Assembly: GCA_950097015.1 (NCBI GenBank)
Contig: CATNEN010000034.1
Span: 1,488,001 to 1,552,000 of the forward strand
Source: Macrostomum hystrix
Taxonomy: Eukaryota > Animalia > Platyhelminthes
Reading direction: 5' to 3'
Length of the DNA: 64,000 nucleotides
The translations under genes and the position numbers were made by a program. This document shows positions 34,970-48,758 of the stretch, in pieces. Each line of letters starts with the position of its first letter. The first letter of the stretch is position 1. The notes beneath the pieces were generated by a model. That model was not told the DNA's origin, searched no databases, and worked only from the letters and a program-made list of their open reading frames with translations.

Positions 34970-37313
34970 ATGGATTTTAGAAGTACTACCTATTTTCTCG
35001 TGATCCTTCTTCTTTGCAACAGGACATGTAAGTTTGATTATCGTATCTTAGTGAAACGGTCCGAAAATGCTGCCTCTGGGCATATTTTACTAATAATTCT
35101 GGCACTTTAGAATTTTTTATAAAACCCTGCGTCTAATTCCAGGCCCTTCTCCAATCCCTGAATCTTAGTTGAAGTTGTCGCATAATATGAAAAATCTGGG
35201 CTATTCAGAGTCGTGTTCCTTTTTAAACTATTGTCTTATTTTGCACTGTATTGCCGCTAAATACTATATAGCAGTGGTTGGCATGGTTTTTTATATTCAT
35301 TTCGCCGTAGTATGGGAAGTATATATGCTGTCAGGAGGAAATAATGTACTCCACAGTCAACAGTAGAAAGTAGCTACTTCATATTTTACCCACATTTATA
35401 GTGAAAAAAGACTAAACCAATCTCCATGAAAATCCAGAAAACAGCCCATATTTTTCCGTTCTGTCTGATGAAACTACTTCCAGAATCACAAAACAACGAC
35501 ATCGCCGAGAAATTTCGTCTGGGTCTCTGATGGCAAAGACCACAAAAATGGGCAACAATTTTCTGCTCACAAAATTGTATTATTTAATCATGTTGGCTAC
35601 TACAACTTGTATATTTTTATATTTTAATAATTATTTAGTTAATTTATGCAATTTTGAACCGATGCGGATTCGCTAAAGAGGTTTATACAGAGCAATGTTT
35701 CTTGCCCTTGTCACCAGGGTCTTTGACAAGAATTGCCAAATATCTCAACGATGCTGGATCGTACGGCTTTGAAAGTCAGTTCATCGTAAAGAACGGAAAA
35801 TTTAAAGAAAAAAAACGGAGGCAAAATTTTAAATACCCACGTGGTCTTTCCACAGGGGGAATAATGTGGTCTTTCTATTGTATTACTGCGGTTTAATAAA
35901 AAACACTAACGCCACGGAGAACTGCCACTGCATCAGCTTGCAATAGCTTTATAAAGAGAGTTAAAACCAAATATGCCCTATTTTCATCCAGCTGACATTG
36001 TGAGCTGAAGACTTTCGTGAAGCCTTTAGTTTACGTTCTTTGTGATAGGCCTGTTATGACCGTGAAAAATTAGTAGCAAAATACACAAATTTAATAGCTC
36101 ACCTACAATGCGTTTACGTACAGCTGTATTTTCATTGTGGAATCAATGAAATTTGTTATAATACATTTTTAGTTAGCAGGGGTGTTAGAAATAAATATGA
36201 AATGAACAGAGCAAACATAGCTTATACATTTTGAAACAGATATACTCGAAATGACTAAATAAAAATGATGCATCGCTTTTTGGTTACAACTATGAGGGCG
36301 CCGTTTGGACTAATTACGGTGTTAATGTAGGTGCTGAAGCATAGCTGGTATCTATTAGATAAAATCTGTCTTCAGCGCAGCCAACTTTTTGCCATGATGT
36401 CTTTAGCTTAACTTTACAACGGAAAAGCAAGTCACGATTTGTAAGTAACACTTGGCAGCCGACAATTTTCGCGAAAGGCGAGCAGCGAAAAAGGCGATAG
36501 TTTGTTAAATGCACAGTGGCATTAGATTTTATAGATATTAGCTCTTTAGCAGAGTCTGCTTGTTTTATGGAGGATGGAGGATGAGTGGGAGTGCGGATGA
36601 CAAGTAAAGATTTGTCGCTGGAGAGAAGAGAAAATAAACTAGATTGGATTAACGCGTTTGAATTTCATTTACGTCAGGTTGGACGATATTTAATAGAATA
36701 TAGTTAGCATCACATTGTAAACACAATTTTAGACGTGGCCCAAGGCGTTGACAATAAAGCTGAAGAGGGCTTCATGAAGGTCACCGAGGAGGGCGGAAAC
36801 TTCACCACCACCGAGGAGGGCGGAAACTTCACCACCACCGAGGAGGGCGGAAACTTCACCACCACCGAGGAGGGCGGAAACTTCACCACCACCGAGGAGG
36901 GCGGAAACTTCACCACCACCGGGGAGGGCGGAAACTTCACCACCACCGGGGAGGGCGGAAACTTCACCACCACCGAGGAGGGCGGAAACTTCACCACCAC
37001 CGAGGAGGGCGGAAACTTCACCACCACCGAGGAGGGCGGAAACTTCACCACCACCGGGGAGGGCGGAAACTTCACCAGTACCAAAGCGCCAACAATAACA
37101 AGCACGACCGCAAAGCCGGTGGTAACAACAACGCCTGGCAAGTTCCCGGGCAAAAATTTCAATGTCGGCTCATTCTTCGGCGGAGCAGCGTTGGGTGCCG
37201 GGCTGGCCATTGCTGTGTACCTGGTGCTCGCCTGTACGAAATGCAGAAGCCGTCCTAGACAAGATGTGCTGGGCTCCATGGGCTATAGGCATCTCGGCAG
37301 CGACAGCGCTTGA
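34970..37313 (+). CDS. CD164/porimin-like sialomucin paralog 1 (exons 34970-35027 and 36733-37313) with 11 coding 27-bp repeats
   Basis: Signal-peptide exon MDFRSTTYFLVILLLCNRT with phase-1 gtaagt donor joins ttttag/AC. Then (T[E/G]EGGNFTT)x11, a Thr-rich stalk, and FNVGSFFGGAALG plus a TM segment (CD164/porimin family FDxxSFxGG motif). The tail contains GYRHL. Exon 1 assignment is less certain than exon 2. Confidence 0.78.
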
Positions 37314-38300
37314 CAAGACTTGGTGCTAAGATAAAAGCGCTGTGCCCTACAAGACTGGAAGCATCATGTCGTCAAGAAGCCTTGTGAAGTGATTGTGCAG
37401 AAATTTCAATGGATGCAATCAAAACAGCTAATTTCGTATCTAATATGAAACAAAGTTGCTGAAACTATCAAGTGTTTTATAATTTTGCCAAAGTCAACAA
37501 TAAATTTATAAATACTGCATGCGGCCAATTGAACGCTGAGTGGACTTTAGTTAGAAGACGGCACTCCAGGTCATGATTGCATTATTACAGACGTTCAAAG
37601 TACAAGTAATGACTGAACTTCACAATTGACCTACCCTTCAAGTGTGTCTTCCTCCCATGCCACTAGCCAAATGCACATACGCATATTACATATAAGTTGA
37701 CAAAACGATTGCAAATACCATAAAAAATAAACAGCATGCAGCCTCTCTGTGATTGCTTTACGCAGTTCGTACTACCATTACAGACATCTAAAATATAAAA
37801 AAAACTAAGCCCATAGTTTGCACGCAGCTTAACCGTGGCTTCAACCCACGCAATGCACACAGAAGTTTGCCAAATTTGCCCCGAAATACCTTCATTACTG
37901 ATAAGTAGTATGCTGCGAATTAACTTAAATGGCTTGCTTTTTAATGATGTGGTGTTCGAGATTGCATACACTAGCCAAAATTTTTCTGCCGAAATGTAAT
38001 GTTTTTTATTACTGTGAGCGACTCTGCACACTTGTTTCGTATCGATGATTATTTGAATTTAGTTTTTTAATTGCTTTTTAAGAAATAAATCACGTAAGGC
38101 TTAAGGCAACGAAAAACGCATTTTTTGTTTTGATTAACCAGAGTGATGGCACGAAATTAAAATATAAAATTTAAATTCTATTTCTGAGAAATCAAACTTT
38201 AAAATCTTATCAGGCTACTCAAACAGCAAATCATAAGAAGCAAAATCGCGCTGTTTCATAAAAGAAGACAATTATTAAAGCTGAACGTCAATTTGCCAGC

Positions 38301-39304
38301 ATGAAAGCCTACAGCAACAAGCTTACTGTACTGCTGATTGCTTCGCTATTCGTTGCCTTCGCTGTTCGTCACTGTAAGTGGCGAAATGCTGCATATTGAG
38401 CTAATTATTTGTTGTTATTCACGTACAATAGTAGGTAAAACAACCAGGTTCAAAATAATGAACTGGGCGGAGGCGCTGTAGAGTTTGCGGCAGAGCGGGG
38501 TGAGGTGGTTAGTATCGATCGAATATTCCAGTGAATGGTGTGTGTTCCCAGTGGCGGGGAGAGAGAGTTTGCGGCAGAGCGGGGTGAGGTGGTTAGTATC
38601 GATCGATAATTCCAGTGAATGGGGTGTGTTCCCAGTGGCGGGGAGAGAGAGTTTGCGGCAGAGCGGACTGAGGTGGTTAGTATCAATCGATAATTCCAGT
38701 GAATGGTGTGTGTTCCCAGTGGCGGGGAGAGAGAGTTTGCGGCAGAGCGGACTGAGGTGGTTAGTATCGATCGATAATTCCAGATAATTGCATGGGTGCG
38801 AGATTAAGGTTAAGGCTAAGGCAGTGAATGGAGGGTGTTCTGTATAACTATCGATTGATAATGACTAACAAAGAGCTAGTCAGCTTCAGTCGAGAAAGCC
38901 AGCAAAAGTGAGGTCAGTGAGAAAGAAAAGAGCTGTCTGAAAATATATTCTTAAAATGGACAGGCGCCAGTCTACCGCATGACATCGAGTACTATGAAAC
39001 GGTCTATTTGGACGCCGACAATGACACCACAACAGACGCTGGCAGCAGCACGTCACTGGCGCCAGGCAACACTACTGAGCCCCGTACCGACAGCACATTG
39101 ATGAGCACGGCTAGCACTGCCGCGCCGACACCAGGAGGCAGCACAAAGGCGCCGCCGCCGCCGCCGCCACCACAGCCGTCGGGGAGCTTCGATGTCGGCT
39201 CTTTCTTCGGCGGCATCGCCCTAGGCGCCGGAGTCGTGGTGCTTGGCTATTGTGCCTACATATTCTATAAGCGACGCGTGGGTCGCAACTATCAGCGCAT
39301 GTGA
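38301..39304 (+). CDS. CD164/porimin-like sialomucin paralog 2 (exons 38301-38373 and 38964-39304)
   Basis: Signal peptide MKAYSNKLTVLLIASLFVAFAVRH, phase-1 gtaagt...gacag intron, and Ser/Thr/Pro mucin region. Then FDVGSFFGGIALG, a TM segment and terminal RNYQRM (compare CD164 NYHTL sorting motif). Confidence 0.85.
38481..38783. repeat. 84-bp tandem repeat, ~3.6 copies, in the intron of sialomucin paralog 2
   Basis: GAGTTTGCGG recurs at 38481, 38565, 38649 and 38733. Confidence 0.9.
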
Positions 39305-39944
39305 TCGGGGCCAAATTGGCATTGAACAACTGAATTTCAAATTCTCGCCAACCGATTTTTTATAAATAGACCGAGTGACAGACAACATCGCTAGGGACTG
39401 ATTGGCTCAATTTTTAATTTTATCGCTCTGTAATTAATGACGATGATGAATTTCAAGAAGCAATACCCGTGTAAGTTCTACACTAAGTGAGCTGCTCAAC
39501 TTTCACAGTTTATATTTAAGAACTATTTTATTCAGAACTGCTCATTACCAAAATTAATGGAATCATAACTTTTGTAACTCAGAATTACTCAGTATACTCA
39601 GAGTTGAAGTCACAAACTTTATAAACTGTTATGTTGCTATTCACGCTCGTATATGACCACTGTCATTGTTTCAACCGGCCAATTTATATTACGAGCTATT
39701 AAAAAAACGCTCAAAATACTAATTTTAACCACCCAAAGTTATTCATTTATCAAGTCGCTATTTGAACCGTCAACAGTAGCTAATTTATCAAATGCTTAAA
39801 CTCAGTGTCGCGAAGAGTTAAGTGGTAGAGTAGAAAGCACTTTAATTCATTAAAGTGCTCATTATTTATTCATTATTTAATACATTAGACTGAAATTTAC
39901 GAGTAGAACGGGAATCAGTCTAATGACAAATAAATACAATTCTA

Positions 39945-42480
39945 CTCAGTCGCATCCCTCAAGATTCCCATCCTACTCGATCTCATCCCTCAAGAATCCC
40001 ATCCTACTCAGTCTCATCCCTCAAGATTCCCATCCTACTCAATCTCATCCCTCAAGATTCCCATCCTACTCAATCTCATCCCTCAAGATTCCCATCCTAC
40101 TCAGTCTCATCCCTCAAGATTCCCATCCTACTCAATCTCATCCCTCAAGAATCCCATCCTACTCAATCTCATCCCTCAAGAATCCCATCCTACTCAGTCT
40201 CATCCCTCAAGATTCCCATCCTACTCAGTCTCATCCCTCAAGAATCCCATCCTACTCAGTCTCACCCCTCAAGAATCCCATCCTACTCAGTCTCATCCCT
40301 CAAGATTCCCATCCTACTAAATCTCATCCCTCAAGAATCCCATCCTACTCAATCTCATCCCTCAAGAATCCCATCCTACTCAGTCTCATCCCTCAAGATT
40401 CCCATCCTACTCAGTCTCACCCCTCAAGAATCCCATCCTACTCAGTCTCATCCCTCAATAATCTCATCGCCAAATTATCCCATCCAACTTAATCTCATTC
40501 TTGAAGAATCCCGTCCTACTCAATTCCATTCCTAAAGACTCCAAACCTACTCAATATAATTCCTGAAGAATCCCTTCCTACTTGATCTCATCCCTCAAGA
40601 ATCCCATCCTACTCAGTCTCATCCCTCAAGAATCTCATCCTACTCGATCTCATCCCTCAAGAATCCCATCCTACTCGATCTCATCCCTCAAGATTACCAT
40701 CCTACTCAATCTCATTCCTGAAGAATCCCGTCCTACTCAATCTCATCCCTCAAGAATCCCATCCAACTCAATCTCATTTCTGAAGAATCCCGTCCTACTC
40801 AATCTCAATCTCATTTCTGAAGAATCCCATCCTACTCAATCTCAATCTCATTTCTGAAGAATCCCATCCTACTCAATCTCATTTCTGAAGAATTCCATCC
40901 TACTCAATCTCATTTCTGAAGAATTCCATCCTACTCAATCTCATTTCTGAAGAATTCCATCCTACTCAATCTCATTTCTGAAGAATTCCATCCTACTCAA
41001 TCTCATTTCTGAAGAATTCCATCCTACTCAATCTCATTTCTGAAGAATTCCATCCTACTCAATCTCATTTCTGAAGAATTCCATCCTACTCTATTCCATT
41101 CAAAAGGACACCAAACCTACTCAATCTCATTCTTGAAGAATCTCGTCCTACTCAATCTCATCCCTCAAGAATTCCGTCCTACTCAATCTCATTCTTGAAG
41201 AATCTCGTCCTACTCGATCTCATCCCTCAAGAATCCCATCCTACTCAGTCTCATCCCTCAAGATTCCCATCCTACTCAATCTCATCCCTCAAGATTCCCA
41301 TCCTACTCAATCTCATCCCTCAAGATTCCCATCCTACTCAGTCTCATCCCTCAAGATTCCCATCCTACTCAATCTCATCCCTCAAGAATCCCATCCTACT
41401 CAATCTCATCCCTCAAGAATCCCATCCTACTCAGTCTCATCCCTCAAGATTCCCATCCTACTCAGTCTCATCCCTCAAGAATCCCATCCTACTCAGTCTC
41501 ATCCCTCAAGATTCCCATCCTACTCAGTCTCACCCCTCAAGAATCCCATCCTACTCAGTCTCATCCCTCAAGATTCCCATCCTACTAAATCTCATCCCTC
41601 AAGAATCCCATCCTACTCAATCTCATCCCTCAAGAATCCCATCCTACTCAGTCTCATCCCTCAAGATTCCCATCCTACTCAGTCTCACCCCTCAAGAATC
41701 CCATCCTACTCAGTCTCATCCCTCAATAATCTCATCGCCAAATTATCCCATCCAACTTAATCTCATTCTTGAAGAATCCCGTCCTACTCAATTCCATTCC
41801 TAAAGACTCCAAACCTACTCAATATAATTCCTGAAGAATCCTTTCCTACTTGATCTCATCCCTCAAGAATCCCATCCTACTCAGTCTCATCCCTCAAGAA
41901 TCTCATCCTACTCGATCTCATCCCTCAAGAATCCCATCCTACTCGATCTCATCCCTCAAGATTACCATCCTACTCAATCTCATTCCTGAAGAATCCCGTC
42001 CTACTCAATCTCATCCCTCAAGAATCCCATCCAACTCAATCTCATTTCTGAAGAATCCCGTCCTACTCAATCTCAATCTCATTTCTGAAGAATCCCATCC
42101 TACTCAATCTCAATCTCATTTCTGAAGAATCCCATCCTACTCAATCTCATTTCTGAAGAATTCCATCCTACTCAATCTCATTTCTGAAGAATTCCATCCT
42201 ACTCAATCTCATTTCTGAAGAATTCCATCCTACTCAATCTCATTTCTGAAGAATTCCATCCTACTCAATCTCATTTCTGAAGAATTCCATCCTACTCAAT
42301 CTCATTTCTGAAGAATCCCGTCCTACTCAATCTCATTTCTGAAAAATTCCATCCTACTCTATCCCATTCAAAAAGACACCAAACCTACTCAATCTCGTTC
42401 TTGAAGAATCTCGTCCTACTCAATCTCATCCCTCAAGAATTCCGTCCTACTCAATCCCATTTCTAAAGACTCCAAACCTA
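39945..42480. repeat. G-poor compound satellite (31-bp CTCA(G/A)TCTCATCCCTCAAGA(T/A)TCCCATCCTA and CTCAATCTCATTTCTGAAGAATTCCATCCTA units), present as two ~1.27-kb tandem blocks
   Basis: Unique marker ATCTCATCGCCAAATTATCC at 40461 and 41729 (offset 1268). Confidence 0.95.
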
Positions 42481-43577
42481 CTCTATACAATATGAAAAGA
42501 TATTATTGTAATCAATGTCACGCATGAAAAGTCCAATAACCCCTTAACCCATACCTAAATAATCCCATCTAACGCAGCTATAACTGATTGTGAATATGAC
42601 AAAACGTAAATTTCATTTGACCTCGTTGTTTTTGATATCCTGAACGCCAAGCCACACTCCATATTTAGCATTTCACATTGCCTACATCGAATATCATTTA
42701 GCTCTAATGTGCACGGCGAATCGAGTACTAAACTGCAGCAACAGCTAACTGTGTAATTTATAAAGTTTTAGAATACCCTGGCAGTAGGTCAGGTGAGGCA
42801 GTAGTCGAAGCAGTGCGCTGAGACAAGCTGTATCTTATCTATTTGGCGCACTGAGGCAGTATACAGTATGGCAGTGCCCACAGGTTTAAATCTAATCAGT
42901 GCTAGCTTAATTCTTGCCACAGTGAAGCCGCGACGCTTCTAAGAAACTAAACAAGAGTTTTGCTGAATTTCATAGCTTTTTTATTGACAAAAAAGTGAAT
43001 TTTAGTTGAACAAAACAGAATTGAAAATAATGTAAAAGCGAACACACTATATGATTCATAAACAGGTAAACAGTGAACTGTGTAAACAGTGAAAGCAGAG
43101 ATAATCTTTTTATATTGTTTTTTTCTTCAGTGAAAGAACGAACGTACAATGTTAATTTTTAAGCCTAGAATTTATGAAAATCTAACAAGAAACAAAAAAA
43201 ATCTAATCCACAAAGACTGTGGAAAGTACCAACTAAGTTTCTTTGCAACAATAACACGAAAAAAGTCTAGTTATTAAGCAAAACAATTAGTTGAACATAT
43301 GAGGAACACAGGAGAAACTTCGGAACAGTTATATTATAATTTAATCCAACTCAATCTAATTAGAAAGTGCCATGTCACTCGATAGTTAAATTACACTCGG
43401 TCAAACTGCAAGAGACACGACAATCCAGCAGATAACAGTACTTGCTTGTACGTATTAGGTAGCTCGCGTGTCTCTTTCACTCATGACTTCACAGATTTCC
43501 AAGCAGCTTTCTTTAAGACTGTTTTAAAGTTACAACTGACTACTGCTCCTCAGTAGCTAGATTAGGTGCTGCCCGTC

Positions 43578-45270
43578 CTACTGGGCGCTCAAACCCTCGT
43601 CCTCGGCCTCTGGCTGCTGCTCCTCTGAAAGCTGCACCTGCTGCTGCTGAATAATATGCGGATAAGCGTAGAAGAACTGCTGCTGCTGTTGCTGCTGCAG
43701 TAGATGGTGATGCTGCTGCAGACTATCCAGTGGCACATGGTAGGCCTCATTTAACGGCATGTAGAGGCGCGGATCAATAACCGAACTGTCAACATAGTAG
43801 ATTGGCTGCTGCTGCTGCTCTTGCTCAATCTCGTCTGCGGCGGCGCCCCTCAGATGGTAGAGCCCCTGAATGCACTGCAATTCGTTACTGGACACCAGGC
43901 GCAGAGATTCGGACGCCTCAAATAGTGACTGCGACTGGTGCTGACCGGCCTCCGTGCCGATGCTGTGGGCCCCGTGCTGACAGTGAAATGTCATGTGCTC
44001 TGTCAGCGCCGACAGACTAGTGAAACAGTAGTGACAGTTCTGGCACTGAAGAATTGTATCTGCAAGTGGGGGAAAGATAAAAAACAGTACAGACGGGTTA
44101 AAACTCGATTAAACATTCTCCCACACCCGAGCAGTTCTCAGTTACTCACTATACTGCTCAGCGAATGCTGCGCCTGCTAGAGGAGCCTCCAGGTGCGGAT
44201 GGAAAGTCTGAGCTGTAATTTGAAGTCAGTGGAACAAATTAAACAGTAGTACGAGTGTAGAATTACTAGCATGAGTTCAGCTGAAACTATTTAGTTATTT
44301 AATACTATCGAGGATTCGAATCGATCGTACTGATTTGTATTTTTTGTATTCGGATTCTGAATTACGTAACTGCCTTTACATCATGATATTCAGATAAACA
44401 TGTGATACATGCTAAAGAGTTTCTGTAAATACAGTATTATCGAGATCCAATCTTGGGTTACTAGTAGGCTTCAGAGTCAGCGCTACAGTTCGCGCACATG
44501 GATCTCTCTCACTCTCACCGGGTACAGTCGCAGCAGCGGCGGCGGCGGCTGTGGTGCCTAAACTTTCAGCAGCGCTGTCGGCCTTAACCTTGGCCGCTTT
44601 GGACATGCGGCGGGCTTTAACTGCCTTGCGAATGTCCTCCTTGTGCTGGCGCCGCTCATGAGCAAGCTTGGCGTCCACTGTGACACAGTCCAGGCCGCAG
44701 AAGTTGCAGCGGGCGGACAGGGAGTGCTGCTTGGCGTGCTCAATGGCGGCTCGCTTCAAACCGAATTGCAGGTGGCAGAGGCGGCACTCGTAGGCTCGCC
44801 TGTGAGTGCAAGATTATTGATGCGCAAGATTTTAAAATAATTTTTCATAGAATATTGAAGAGTTTAGAATTCTAAAATCACCTGCGCGGCCAGACGCTTA
44901 GCGACTTGTCGCCAACCAGCAGGAGCACATCTAGCTTGTCGTTGAAACGCTCCCGACCACGAATCCGCGCCTGGCTGAGCGACAGCGGCTCGGTGGAGGT
45001 CAGCAATTTCAGCGACACGGAGGCTGTGTCTATGCTCAGTGTGCAGACTACTCTATCGCCGGACAAGCGCCTTGACAATGATCGGCGCAGGAAGGGCAGC
45101 AGGTGGGCCCGCTGATGCTGCAGCATCCGCCATTCGAACAGGAACGGCTTGTCGCAGGTGGCGCACTGCAGCGCCGGTCCGACGAAGCACTCTGCAGATC
45201 TGTCCATGTCGGCGAAGTCTTGCGGATGGCAAGTTACAAGTTCGTGGTATGTGTTATCTTTAGTTGACAT
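43578..45270 (-). CDS. C2H2 zinc-finger protein, ~383 aa, four fingers and a Gln-rich C-terminus (exons 45270-44882, 44799-44519, 44059-43578)
   Basis: Fingers are CATCDKPFLFEWRMLQHQRAH, CRLCHLQFGLKRAAIEHAKQH, CNFCGLDCVTVDAKLAHERRQH and CQNCHYCFTSLSALTEHMTFH. GT-AG junctions with phases 2 and 1 join in frame. The start Met is inferred. Confidence 0.85.
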
Positions 45271-48200
45271 TTTTATGCCAGTTGATTGTTGTGATTTAGA
45301 CAATTGGCTGAAATATAAAAAATAGTTTTTTAGCTTAAATATTATTATAAAAGGTGCAAATTTACTTGTCATTGCATTCATTCAGTCTATAGGTATAAAT
45401 ATGCTTAGCCAAAGTTAAGCATTGCCCCTGGCATCTGTAATGAAAAATGAGGAAATTTTATGAAAATGGGCTACATAATGTGCTTTTCAATGGCTATAAA
45501 TAATAATAGCATGGTATTCTTTAGGAATGAGTTTGAAATAAAATGCTGCGATTTAAATAGCATAATTTCATTAACACAATTAAAATCCTTCGTTTTACTA
45601 CTATGTTATTGTAAAAAATGTCAAGATGCTTTACTGTACAGTAAAATTTCAATGTTCTGCATACACTGGATAGATATTTTACAGTTAATTCTATAAACTA
45701 TATATATAAATTCAATTGTAAGATACTAAAATGCATTCACTTTATGCTTATATAAACATAAATCAATCAAAGGAGGTGAAAAGTTCCAACCTCTATTCTT
45801 TTATATGCAATGTTATGCAGTAATGATAGTGATAATGCACTATATTCATTTAGTTATTATGTCACTTAACTATATGCAGGAGCATCAATAAGCAGCAAAA
45901 CTAATAGCTCAATCAGGGTACTCTACATAGTAACTGTTGTCAAAAAGGCATTCAGGGGGAGCATATATTTTTTAGTATAATATATAAACATAATATTATA
46001 TAAAAAGTACAAATTTCCTATCAAAGTAGACAATAAAGAGAGAGATAAGTCAACAATAATGTTCAACAACGTACATTATATTTCATAACAGAAAAACTTA
46101 AAATATGAAAAAACACTGAGTTTTACAACTATAGATGAAAGTTTAAAGTGCAAGATACAAAATAAATGTAAATTAATTATTAATATAGAAAATTTTAACT
46201 AAATGCTGTTAATAAATGCTGCTATATATTCTCTGAAATATAATTAACCTACCACATAAACTTCCTTAAAATATTTTGACAGTTAAAGAGCGAAAAGTGA
46301 AACTCGTCTTTTGAAAACCAAATTTTAATCCATAGACGATATAAGTAGCACTTGAACTATTCTTATTAATTTTTATTAAAAGTAGTTTCTTACAATTAAT
46401 GTTTTGAATTACAAACAAGGTTGCCTAAAGTCAACCATTGAATATTTTATATGTGAATGGAAACAAAGAAAACATTATCCATGTGGGATGATTAACTAAA
46501 AACTAAAAATATAAAGAACTACCTAAAATATGTTTAATTCTCTAAAGTTATATACCTGAATAGCAATTGACCACTTTTTGTAACTTGCGTTGTTCAAGCA
46601 CAGTAAATCGAAGAATTTTAAAGAAAGATTCACTGTACTGCTTTATCGACATAAAATTTTTTTTCATCAGAAACCAGATGTATCAACAGTGGAAAAGCAA
46701 GCTTTTGGTTTATATTTGCAAATATAATTACAAGCTTTAAATTAAAAGAGCTACTTTTGTTATAAAGTGTTATAAGCGGATCAGCCTATCCGTAAATGTA
46801 ATATATATTATAAATTTAATATATAATTTTCGTACTCTTGCCGCCACACAATCGATGTTGAAATTGCTAAATGGTATTCTACAATGAGATATATTATTTT
46901 TTCTTTGTAAGTTTTTGTACTGCGTACTAAAATGTCCTGCCCTTGCTATAGCTTTCGCATATTGTCTTCCCTAGTATTAAAAACCAGACGTACCCCTTGA
47001 TTTAAGACATTCCATACATTATTAATATCTAGTATTTCCCATTCGTGTCTTCATGGACAATATTTCCTGAACCCAAAACCTACATCGATAAGGTGCAAGG
47101 GTTAAATTAGTTAACTGCACAGAGAATATATGCAGCAGTAGGGTAGGTATAAGAGGGAATACGGGGATACATCCCCCATTTTGCTAACTTATCAAGAATG
47201 CGAAGAATGGAAAAATTATATATATTATAAATATGGCTCTATCATAGATAACCTCCATAAATCTTCAGTAAAATACGTGAGTATTTGTTTAAGCAAATCA
47301 GCGAATCAGCGATAATTATATATGATGACGAATGACGATTGATCAGAGACAGATGTATGGATGGATTTGCAATTGTAATTGTAAGGTATAATTTCACTTC
47401 ATAATAATTGTCTAGCCTGCTGCGTTATGGCGTCCAGACTTTTTTTTTAACTTTGATTTAATTACCTGACCAAAGCTAGCTTGCTTTTTTACAGACACAA
47501 AAAAATTTGTTTTACTTATTGCCTCTTTTTGATCCACCCCTTTCAAAATCCTTGCTACGCCACTGATAAGCAGGAATGCAGTATAGGAATTAATATCCAA
47601 ATACAGTTTATAAGAATGCAAATTTTTAATTTCCTTAATATAAAAATACATGTACTTATAGTTAATAACTCTACGATAGCAGTCCATTTCGGAATGGATT
47701 TCGTGTGAACTAAAACTGAAGAAAAAAGCAGTTAAACACACAAGCAATCTTGAAAAAATGAACAGATCTGCATTTGTTTCCCTTTCCCACCGTAGAAATA
47801 GAGTACAGATAAAGAGTAAACTTCGAAATGTTATATTTAATTTTCCAATTTACAAGACATGCAAGAATTGAAAACAATTCGGGTGCGGTTTCTACTTTTT
47901 TCGCAGTAGTCCTGCAGGTGCACATAATAAGAAATAAAACAGGCATACTAGCGAACTGGTACGATCAGCTGTGATGGAAAAATCGAAACAAAAAAAGCGA
48001 ATATAAAACAAAAGCAGAAAAAAAACAGATTGCTGAGCGATTGCAAATAGAAGAAGAACAGAGTGCGCCAAGCTGACAACGAAATCGGAAAAGGTAATAG
48101 TATGAGGTTCATTTCATTAGGAGAAAATGTTAGGACAGAAAATAATAGGATAAAAAAGAAGAAGTGCCAACTAAACGATTTTGTAGCTGGCTGACTCTCA

Positions 48201-48758
48201 AAACTTGGACACCAATTTAAAAGCAAGAATAAAAAATTAATTTTACTCACAATGTCGAGTAACTACTGATTAAACTAAGAACTGCAAGCAGAAATACAAG
48301 AATGTTAATCTACAGCATATTAGATAAAATGCAATACAGTGCTGGGTAAGATGCGCGAGAAATCATTCGCTGCAATGATAAAACTGCTAGGGCTAGGTGA
48401 AGCTCACACGCCCGCCTGACAAAAATTTGTTAGATTGCTACTATTAGTAGCAATATAAGCTAAAGGTGTAGAGAATAATGCGAAAAATGATTAACAAGAA
48501 ACAAGCGTCAGAAGAGAATCGGAGAAAGGAAAAATGTTATTCATACAAAAACAATTAAGAACCGGTAGTCCCAGAGCTCCGTATAGAAAAAAATTGCACA
48601 ATTGCTGCGGCCACTACAAATCGACTGAGTAGCAAGATTGAAAAATGTCTAGAAACATAATTATAACAAACAAATGAGCGGCATTCGTTTAAGAAATATA
48701 AAAATAATACCAGCCAATCAAGAACAGTCTAAAATGAGTCAGCACCTTTGCGGTTGGC

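Noticed and set aside
47554-47565. GCTACGCCACTG resembling a hAT/MITE terminal inverted repeat
   Set aside because: No matching partner TIR or TSD found nearby.
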